8,542 nucleotides of DNA from Zestosphaera tikiterensis (GTDB lineage Archaea > Thermoproteota > Thermoprotei_A > Sulfolobales > NBVN01): NCBI GenBank assembly GCA_003056265.1, contig NBVN01000012.1, positions 1-8,542 on the forward strand. The letters run 5' to 3'. The position numbers and the translations under genes are program-made. Each line of letters begins with the position of its first letter. The first letter of the stretch is position 1. Shown here piece after piece: positions 1 to 5,915 of the stretch. The notes under the pieces are model-generated. The model saw nothing but the letters and a program-made list of their open reading frames with translations. It was not told where the DNA came from and searched no databases.

Positions 1-1704
1 CTCTTAAACGAACATTCGACGGTTCTGGTATTCGACGACTTCCACGATGTCAACAAGCAGGTCAAGGAATACATATTATCCCTAGTTGAGAGGATCGAAT
101 ACCCTGCGAGGGTCTTCATAATATCGAAGTTAAAAGAGAGGGAACTCCCCTACTGGAAAGGAAAAGTACTGGATATAGAGGTCAAGCCACTTCCCTCCAA
201 TGAAGCAATAGAGCTGACGAGGAAGCTCTCAAAGGACTTGAGCACTAATCTATCCCAGCACGACATCTTGCAAATAGCCAAGCTGAGCGGGGGGATACCG
301 CTTCTCATACACAGCATATTAAACCTGTATAAGTCAGCAGGACTACCTCTAACAGAATGTGTAAACAGGGTTGTGACATCCTACTATGAGTCGAAAATTG
401 GGGAGGTAATGGATGAGAACGACAAGCTCATACTTGAACTGTTAATCGCCGGCGGTGGGGTACTTCCTATTGAGATACTCTGCAATATACTCTCCCTAAG
501 GCAAACTGCTTGTTTAAAGCGCTTAAATATGCTTGAAAGATTAGGCTTTATAGAGATACTAGGTGAAGATGTTAAGGTTAGGGAGGGGATAGAGGGGCTC
601 CCCAAAGTTGCAAACAAGCCGAGACTAAAGCACCTAGTAGAACTGGTAGCTCTCGCGCTTAACCAGCACCCGGATATCAGGCAGAGGATGCAGGGTCTTC
701 TACTAATGGCCGATAACTGCCTTATAAAAGACGCCATCCCAATCATAGAGAAACGTCTTCTTCATGGTTCGAGCTGGATGACCTGCTGTTTCGGCCTCTA
801 CCATAGCGTACTTGAGAAACTCCAACAATGTGAGGGTCTAACTACACAGCAAAAATCCCTGCTTACAATAGAAAAAACATTAGTAGAAATCACAACTAAA
901 GAAATAGACCTCCGAAAGGGCGTTGATGTAATAAAAAAGCACCTGGTTAGCTTGAGATCCAACAGGTTCCTATATACGAGGGTCGCAGCCCTACTAGCAG
1001 GTATGCTCATGAAGATCGGAAATTTGGACGAGGGAAGAAAGATATTAGAGGAATCAAAATCCTTATTCCAGAAGCTACCACCCGAACTGAAGAAGAAGAT
1101 AGAACCAACTATACTTGCAAGCGATACAATACTGGCATTCTACGAAAACGACATGGAGAGGGCGTTGGATAACTCGATGAGAGAAGCTCAACTTGAGTTA
1201 GAGAAAGATGATTTCGGCAACTACGCTGTCGCATTAGTCCATATAGGCGTTATGCAAGCCTACATAGGTAGAATAAGCGATTTAAAGAAGACACTTGAGG
1301 AAATAGAGGAGGTTTCAGACCTGCTACCAGGAGATCTAAGGGATACCATCAAAGCCCAAGCCTCACCCCTCTCCATATTTACCTCACTATTGGAAGGAGA
1401 TCTTAAGGCAGCTAAGACCAAGCTGGAAGAAGCAAAAAGAAACAAATTCTCGGACACCGTAAAGGGCGACCTCTTTTGGGAAGAGGTCGTCTTAGACTAC
1501 CTCATGGGTAACATAGAATCAGCAAGGGAGAAAGCAAAACAAGCTATCGAAGGAAACTACAAAGGAATCAGCAATGAGGAGCTAGCTCTAATGAAGGCAA
1601 TCCTTGGAAATAAGCTACGTAAAAATGAAGTCGAAAAACTCCCACAAGGCATGAGGTTGCTCTACCAGATAATAGAGTCGTATGGAATCACTGATAGGGA
1701 TTAA
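1..1704 (+). CDS. STAND-type P-loop NTPase (5' end outside window) with C-terminal TPR-like helical repeat array
   Basis: Frame 1 is open from base 1, so the listed TTG at 238 is internal. Bases 1-237 translate to LLNEHSTVLVFDDFHDVNKQVKEYILSLVERIEYPARVFIISKLKERELPYWKGKVLDIEVKPLPSNEAIELTRKLSKD. A Walker-B-like hhhhDD lies at 22-39 (VLVFDD), followed by an RVFIISK strand and a PLPSNEAIEL segment. GGIPLL (289-306) corresponds to the GxP motif of NB-ARC/MalT-type STAND ATPases. A winged-helix-like LKRLNMLERLGFIE follows. About 350 aa of helical repeats then show a recurrent G-[ND]-[LI]-x-x-[AG]-x-x-x-L-E-E pattern (GNLDEGRKILEE, NDMERALD, GRISDLKKTLEE, GDLKAAKTKLEE, GNIESAREKAKQ). Stop TAA at 1702-1704. 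Confidence 0.75.
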   Translation, partial: LLNEHSTVLVFDDFHDVNKQVKEYILSLVERIEYPARVFIISKLKERELPYWKGKVLDIEVKPLPSNEAIELTRKLSKDLSTNLSQHDILQIAKLSGGIPLLIHSILNLYKSAGLPLTECVNRVVTSYYESKIGEVMDENDKLILELLIAGGGVLPIEILCNILSLRQTACLKRLNMLERLGFIEILGEDVKVREGIEGLPKVANKPRLKHLVELVALALNQHPDIRQRMQGLLLMADNCLIKDAIPIIEKRLLHGSSWMTCCFGLYHSVLEKLQQCEGLTTQQKSLLTIEKTLVEITTKEIDLRKGVDVIKKHLVSLRSNRFLYTRVAALLAGMLMKIGNLDEGRKILEESKSLFQKLPPELKKKIEPTILASDTILAFYENDMERALDNSMREAQLELEKDDFGNYAVALVHIGVMQAYIGRISDLKKTLEEIEEVSDLLPGDLRDTIKAQASPLSIFTSLLEGDLKAAKTKLEEAKRNKFSDTVKGDLFWEEVVLDYLMGNIESAREKAKQAIEGNYKGISNEELALMKAILGNKLRKNEVEKLPQGMRLLYQIIESYGITDRD

Positions 1705-1708
1705 CTAT

Positions 1709-1780
1709 GGGATGATCCAAGGCTCAGCTATCTCCACTCTCCTCGGTAAAATAAGCAATTTAAAGAAAACACTTGCTTAA
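1709..1780 (+). pseudogene. Relic out-of-frame copy of one helical repeat unit of the upstream STAND/TPR gene
   Basis: 1745-1775 (ggtaaaataagcaatttaaagaaaacacttg) matches 1267-1297 inside the gene (ggtagaataagcgatttaaagaagacacttg) at 28/31 positions. All three differences are G/A transitions. In frame 2 it reads G-MIQGSAISTLLGKISNLKKTLA-stop, versus GVMQAYIGRISDLKKTLEE in the gene. Confidence 0.45.
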
Positions 1781-1963
1781 TCTCTTAATCTTCGACACCC
1801 CTCCGACTATATAGGGTAGAAATAACGTGATGTCAGTCCCTAGGGTAGTAAATACTAGTCTCCTTGTAAGACAGCATATATATCTAGTAGTATCAACCGG
1901 ATTTTAAATGAAGCGATTGTTACTAATTCCCAATATACCTCCCTAAATGCCAAGGAATGTATA

Positions 1964-2002
1964 TGGTGAGCCCGCCGGGGTTTGAACCCAGAACCTCTAG
2001 CT
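1964..2002 (-). other. Orphan tRNA 3'-half (positions ~38-76 including encoded CCA); no matching 5'-half in the window
   Basis: The minus strand reads a-GCTAG-AGGTT-CTGGG-TTCAAAC-CCCGG-CGGGCTC-A-CCA. These are the 3' anticodon-stem strand, a 5-nt variable loop, a T-arm with a canonical TTCAAAC loop (5 bp, one G-U), the 3' acceptor strand, discriminator A and CCA. No G[AG]G[CU][CU][CU]G acceptor partner and no CTAGC anticodon-stem partner occurs in the ~150 nt upstream on that strand. Confidence 0.7.
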
Positions 2003-2127
2003 TCATGGGCTGTAACCCATATCACTCTGTCACATGAAGTCAAGTAGAATCTGCAACATTTTAGGAGGTATGATAAGAAATTCTATAATAGTAAACTTAT
2101 TCTATTGCAACATGTTTTAATCTCAAA

Positions 2128-2140
2128 ATTATATATAATA
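2128..2140 (+). promoter_or_regulatory. TATA-like box for the vapBC cassette (probably a leaderless transcript)
   Basis: ttatatataata is centred about 22-25 nt upstream of the GTG at 2156. No Shine-Dalgarno motif lies in between. Confidence 0.4.
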
Positions 2141-2155
2141 CTTGGGTGTAGTTGG

Positions 2156-2353
2156 GTGTCTAAGGTCATACGTGTACGTTATGAGAATGGTGCTCTCAAA
2201 CCTCTAGAACCAGTAGATCTAGAGGAGGGAGAGGAGGTCCTAATCGCTATTAGACGTGATATAAGGAAAATACTCAAGAAGTATCGAGGGATTTTAGGAA
2301 GGTCATCGATTAAGGAGTTACTAGAGATCGAGGAGGAGGCTCATATTCAATGA
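2156..2353 (+). CDS. vapB: AF2212/DUF104-family antitoxin (VapB-like)
   Basis: From the GTG at 2156 the product is (M)SKVIRVRYENGALKPLEPVDLEEGEEVLIAIRRD... This is the characteristic N-terminus of the small archaeal AF2212-like antitoxins (consensus roughly xxIxAxYENGVxKPLExVDLxEGxxV). The ORF-track start at TTG 2105 adds 17 hydrophobic, non-conserved residues and overlaps the TATA box. The stop overlaps the next gene's ATG (ATGA at 2350-2353). Confidence 0.8.
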   Translation: MSKVIRVRYENGALKPLEPVDLEEGEEVLIAIRRDIRKILKKYRGILGRSSIKELLEIEEEAHIQ

Positions 2354-2802
2354 GGCTAGCTTACATTGATACTAGCTTCATACTCAGCATTCTACTCGAA
2401 ACCGAGAAGAGTGACTTAGCTGAGCAAATCTTAGAAGCATATAGCGACTCACATTTTATGATTTCGGGGATCGCAATTAATGAAGCCCTATATGTTGCTA
2501 CGTATGAGTATTATAGACAGAAAGGCATAGTTAAGGGAGGGTATAGTTTAAGGAGATTAATTTCAAAACAGGGGTATCCTAGGGAAGTAATAGACGCAAT
2601 AGATTCTTTCCTAAAAGACTTGAATACTAAGATAATAAATGATTACTTTGACTACGATGAATATCTTCAAATAATTCAAAATTTTAAGCTACTTCCTAAT
2701 GATGCACAAATAGCTTTAACATGTAAGCACTACGGCATAAACACTATTCTGACTTTCGACGAGGACTTCAAGAGGATTCCTTGGCTAAGAGTTGCACCCT
2801 AG
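2350..2802 (+). CDS. vapC: PIN-domain ribonuclease toxin (VapC family)
   Basis: The PIN acidic residues are all present: MRLAYIDTS (Asp7), INEAL (Glu), LLPNDAQIAL (Asp) and LTFDEDF (Asp). It has a 4-bp ATGA overlap with the upstream antitoxin gene, the classic type II TA architecture. Confidence 0.85.
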   Translation: MRLAYIDTSFILSILLETEKSDLAEQILEAYSDSHFMISGIAINEALYVATYEYYRQKGIVKGGYSLRRLISKQGYPREVIDAIDSFLKDLNTKIINDYFDYDEYLQIIQNFKLLPNDAQIALTCKHYGINTILTFDEDFKRIPWLRVAP

Positions 2803-2925
2803 ACCGTCAATATTATCTGCTAAGATAATCAGTGATGAAGCTGGAATCAACCTAGTTCTTGTCAGAACTATAAGTCACGGCCTTACCTAGAGAAAGGGGG
2901 AATATTCATATAGGGGGTATTTATG

Positions 2926-3003
2926 TGGCGGGCCCGCCGGGATTTGAACCCGGGACCTCCGGCTCCGGAGGCCGGCACCCTATCCTGGCTAGGCCACGGG
3001 CCC
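2926..3003 (-). tRNA. tRNA-Arg (anticodon CCG), CCA encoded, no intron
   Basis: The minus strand reads GGGCCCG-TG-GCCT-AGCCAGGATA-GGGT-G-CCGGC-CTCCGGA-GCCGG-AGGTC-CCGGG-TTCAAAT-CCCGG-CGGGCCC-G-CCA. It folds as a full cloverleaf with a 7-bp acceptor stem, 5-bp anticodon stem, loop CU-CCG-GA and a canonical T-arm. Confidence 0.93.
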
Positions 3004-3026
3004 CATTCCATATTCTTTCATGTTCG

Positions 3027-3034
3027 TTAATTAA
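3027..3034 (-). promoter_or_regulatory. TATA-like box for tRNA-Arg
   Basis: The palindromic ttaattaa is centred about 27 nt upstream of the tRNA 5' end (3003). It sits in the 39-bp gap after the stop of the KaiC-like gene. Confidence 0.4.
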
Positions 3035-3042
3035 GTTATTGT

Positions 3043-4455
3043 TTATTTCGTTAAGGCTCTTATTTTTATTTCGTTATGTAGCTTACTCGCTAGTTTTTCA
3101 AGGCATGCGTTGATTTGTTCTTCGGTGATGAGTTTGGGTGTGTCTCCTCTGTTCCAGACGTATACCTTATGTTTTATGTTTCCGTTTTCTTCTGTTGTGT
3201 GGAATCTATATATTACGTCTGATAACGACGCGTAGACGTTATATGTTTCGCTGTCGTAAGAGCCTGCCCTAACTACTACAGTACCTAGTTTTTTAAGGTT
3301 TAACATCTCATTGATTAATCCGTTCCAGTAGCTTTCCTCTCTTGATATCCTCTCAAGCTTTGCTAGAATGTCTACGCCGTGGAATATCACCATCCCCGGC
3401 TTATACTTATCTATGAGTTCGTACTCAACCATCCCTAACTGTACGTAGCTCAGCCCACATGGATTTAAACTTTTGAAGACTACGTTATCGTTGTTAAGTA
3501 GGTTGTTAATTAGATCCTCGTTTAAACCGGCTTTAATTAAGCTATTGACTATGAATTCCTTAAGCTCCTCAGGCGGGCTTTTATAGCTTATTATAAGCAC
3601 CCTCAACTTATTTAACAACGCAACGCCAACCATAAACGCAATCATGTGCTTAGGCCTGAAGTCCGGAGGATAAGTAACGTAGATTATATTACCCTTAAAT
3701 ACGGTACCTAAATCTAAACATGGAAGTTCCAACTTATCGCGGATTCGCGACGGTATCTCCTCAAGAACCGTAGAAGGTAAAAACTTTAAACCAACGCCGG
3801 AAGCTATAGTATAAGGCATCCTAGCTACGGAAACCTCAGCGTTTCTAACCTTACCAACCTCAAGAGTTCTACTAATGAAATCCCTCTCAAGCCCAACCTT
3901 TAAAAACAACACCACATCAGCAACGAACTCTAACTCACCTAAATCAACTTCATTAACATGCCTAGGCACCTCAACCAACAAAACAACAACTCCGTTAATG
4001 AGGTGAGGGATTTCAGCAAAGAAGTTCTGCAGGAACGCCCTCTCACTAACTTTACCTCCGAAGACCTTAAGTAAGGGCGTTATAGAATCAACAACTACTA
4101 CTTGAGGCTTTACCTCAGCTATCTTTGTAGAGATAGACTCAACTACGTCGGACACGGAATCCGCCTCAGCTATTAAAGGTAGCTTAACGAAGTGAAGTAA
4201 ACCCCTACCCTCAATCCCCTCTAAATCTATACCTAAATTCCTCATGTTAGCGTAAAGTTTTAATTTATCCTCCTGTAGGGAAACGTATAAACACTTCAAA
4301 CCTGCTAAAGCGTTCGCATAGCAAATACTTGAAGCTAAGGTTGTTTTACCAGCGCCAGCATGCCCAGCTATAACAACTAAGGAGTTCGGAGTTAAAGCGT
4401 TATGAAGGATCTTATCAAGGTGTTCAACACCCCAAGAAAGGACTTTATTTGCCAT
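3043..4455 (-). CDS. Two-domain KaiC/RecA-superfamily ATPase: active N-terminal domain, degenerate C-terminal domain
   Basis: The preferred start is the ATG at 4455 (MANKVLSWGVEHLDKIL...). GGAGGTG lies 8 nt upstream (plus-strand cacctcc, 4464-4470), with A/T-rich TATA-like sequence beyond it. The N-domain has Walker A GHAGAGKT (4342-4365), a KaiC-like SLQED, Walker B VVVVDS and ELEFVADVVLFL. The C-domain (~aa 255-470) keeps the fold signatures (VIFHGVD, SLSDVIYRF). Where the P-loop should be it reads IIYVTYPPDFRPKHMIAF, with no GxxGxGKT. Confidence 0.85.
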   Translation of the reverse strand: MANKVLSWGVEHLDKILHNALTPNSLVVIAGHAGAGKTTLASSICYANALAGLKCLYVSLQEDKLKLYANMRNLGIDLEGIEGRGLLHFVKLPLIAEADSVSDVVESISTKIAEVKPQVVVVDSITPLLKVFGGKVSERAFLQNFFAEIPHLINGVVVLLVEVPRHVNEVDLGELEFVADVVLFLKVGLERDFISRTLEVGKVRNAEVSVARMPYTIASGVGLKFLPSTVLEEIPSRIRDKLELPCLDLGTVFKGNIIYVTYPPDFRPKHMIAFMVGVALLNKLRVLIISYKSPPEELKEFIVNSLIKAGLNEDLINNLLNNDNVVFKSLNPCGLSYVQLGMVEYELIDKYKPGMVIFHGVDILAKLERISREESYWNGLINEMLNLKKLGTVVVRAGSYDSETYNVYASLSDVIYRFHTTEENGNIKHKVYVWNRGDTPKLITEEQINACLEKLASKLHNEIKIRALTK

Positions 4456-4504
4456 GTACACAACACCTCCATATATAGATTTAAAAATAACATAAAAATT
4501 TTTC

Positions 4505-4537
4505 ACTCTTAACCTACTTAACATGTGGTTAAAGAGT
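4505..4537. promoter_or_regulatory. Imperfect inverted repeat in the divergent promoter region (candidate operator)
   Basis: actcttaacc (4505-4514), a 12-nt spacer (tacttaacatgt) and ggttaaagagt (4527-4537). The arms are complementary apart from one extra base. It lies in the 164-bp A/T-rich gap between the KaiC-like gene and the LuxE-like gene. Confidence 0.3.
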
Positions 4538-4619
4538 TGAAGGATAAAATAACTACGGCGATCGTTTAAATAAGTAAAAAATAAAAAGTCGAACTATAAT
4601 TACTCTTAGTAACTCGCCG

Positions 4620-5903
4620 GTGTTGAGAATGGGTGAGGTCTTACCTACGTTAGGTGAGATACTAGAGTTAGCTCAGAAGAGTAAGTTATTAAATGATCCA
4701 TACGTTAAGAGAGTCTACGAGCTTTCAAGCGATACGTCATTATTTAGTAAGTCTCCAGACTGGCTTGAATCATTGCGTAAGTCACTTTTAAGAGATGCCC
4801 TACAGTTCTTCACACGTCATAGCAGGTTTTACGAAGAACTCCTGAGGAAACTTGAGATAGATCCTAAAGCCGCTGAGTTGGAGGACCTTAAGAAATTAGC
4901 CGTACCTTCGGATATGCTGCGTGGTGAAGGATATAAGAAGTTCTTAATAGATGACGTTGATGAAGGTGGTAAGGTATTCTCATCCAGCGGCACCACAGGA
5001 AACACTCCAGTTAAGGTTTATAGAAGCCCTATAGAGTTAGCTATGATGACTAAAGCTAATACAGCCCTCTTTGAGTATGTCTACGGTGGGGAGCTTAAAG
5101 AAGGTCGTGGGCTTGCTTTATTCTTAGCCGCTGAAGAGTTAAGAAATAGGCTTAACTTCGTAGCGTTTGTTGATTTAGCACTTCAAGGTAAGAAGATAAA
5201 GCTACTCTATGGTATGGACTTAGTTGAGGGAAGTACGGGAGGTTCGCAGTGGCAGAAGTTAGTACCGAATAAGAAGAGGATCGTGGAATTCCTAAAGAGT
5301 AAGGAGGAACCTAAGCTACTTTTCACAGCTCCAGCTGGGGTCTACCTTCTAGCCAAGCAGTACGAATCTTTAAATGCGTTTTCAAGACTCCTATATAAGT
5401 TAATGACTGGAACACCGCCGGTAAACTTAGGCGCGGGAGGAACTATAGTGACTGGCGGAGGTAGTAAAGGCTTTAGCGACATACCACCCTACGATAAGAT
5501 CGTTGAAATCGCTAGGAAATGGTTTAAAGCATACGACGTAAACGGAGTTAAGGAAGTCCCCACACCCTTTATGGACGTGTTAGGCATGACTGAAACCCTC
5601 ACCGCCTTAATAGATAAGTATGGAGTAATGCATAAGATCCCACACCCACTACAGCATGTCTTCCTTCTAGATATGAAGACATACGACATCATAGATGCTG
5701 AAGGTAAGGAGGGGATACTAGCTATATACGATCCCCTAGCCATATCCTGGCTTGAGGTATTCATGCCCGGCGACGTCGTTAAATACGTGAATTCCGAAAG
5801 ATACTACGGTAAGGAATTCATCTATGTTCGCAGATTAACTCAAGAAGAGGGTTGGAGCCTTCAAAGAGCTTGCGGCGGGACTTTAGAGGAGATGATGCAT
5901 TAA
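4620..5903 (+). CDS. LuxE-family acyl-protein synthetase (adenylate-forming ANL-superfamily enzyme)
   Basis: FSSSGTTGNTP (4977-5009) is the adenylate-forming phosphate-binding loop. IVTGGGSKGF corresponds to LuxE ITGGGWK. VLGMTETL corresponds to the YGxTE/NQVELNT region. The C-terminal YVRRL...LQRACGG corresponds to LuxE RRV...KGCA. The start is ambiguous among GTG 4620, TTG 4623 and ATG 4629; a tataat-like box at ~4595-4600 would favour a near-leaderless ATG 4629. Confidence 0.75.
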   Translation: MLRMGEVLPTLGEILELAQKSKLLNDPYVKRVYELSSDTSLFSKSPDWLESLRKSLLRDALQFFTRHSRFYEELLRKLEIDPKAAELEDLKKLAVPSDMLRGEGYKKFLIDDVDEGGKVFSSSGTTGNTPVKVYRSPIELAMMTKANTALFEYVYGGELKEGRGLALFLAAEELRNRLNFVAFVDLALQGKKIKLLYGMDLVEGSTGGSQWQKLVPNKKRIVEFLKSKEEPKLLFTAPAGVYLLAKQYESLNAFSRLLYKLMTGTPPVNLGAGGTIVTGGGSKGFSDIPPYDKIVEIARKWFKAYDVNGVKEVPTPFMDVLGMTETLTALIDKYGVMHKIPHPLQHVFLLDMKTYDIIDAEGKEGILAIYDPLAISWLEVFMPGDVVKYVNSERYYGKEFIYVRRLTQEEGWSLQRACGGTLEEMMH

Positions 5904-5915
5904 AGGCGTTCAAAC

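Noticed and set aside
384-1457. Minus-strand ORFs 384-746, 798-1010 and 1260-1457 inside the STAND/TPR gene
   Set aside because: They lie entirely antisense to a long motif-bearing ORF. Their translations are low-complexity and Ser/Leu/Arg-rich with no recognisable motifs. These are typical shadow ORFs.
1812-1854. Direct repeat tagggtag(a)aaata at 1812-1824 and 1841-1854
   Set aside because: There are only two short copies, with an exact 8-mer core, in an A/T-rich spacer. This could be chance. It is noted as possibly related to the neighbouring tRNA-half or att scar but is not supportable on its own.
1855-2043. 62-aa minus-strand ORF covering the tRNA fragment
   Set aside because: Its middle (…GSGFKPRRAH…) is simply the translation of tRNA T-arm and acceptor sequence. 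No start context or motif supports it.
2105-2155. TTG 2105 as the start of the antitoxin gene
   Set aside because: It adds 17 non-conserved hydrophobic residues and spans the TATA-like box. The family consensus N-terminus begins at the GTG at 2156.
2812-2829. Hairpin attatct-gcta-agataat just after the vapC stop
   Set aside because: It is a perfect 7-bp stem but all A/T-rich and not followed by a T-tract. Archaeal termination relies mainly on oligo-T, so this is too weak to call a terminator.
2832-2875. C/D-box sRNA candidate (GTGATGA at 2832-2838)
   Set aside because: No CTGA D or D' box occurs at the required ~12-nt guide spacing; the sequence has ccta and caga instead. There is no terminal stem, and the minus strand gives no better arrangement.
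2925-3113. 62-aa plus-strand ORF starting MAGPPGFEPGTSGSGG
   Set aside because: It is the antisense translation of tRNA-Arg(CCG) running into the 3' end of the KaiC-like gene, so it is an artefact.
4456-4524. Upstream ATG at 4524 as the start of the KaiC-like gene (MLSRLRVKNFYVIFKSIYGGVVY extension)
   Set aside because: The extension would be translated from the A/T-rich promoter region and from the GGAGGTG ribosome-binding site itself. ATG 4455 has the SD at ideal spacing and begins with the conserved KaiC-like N-terminus.
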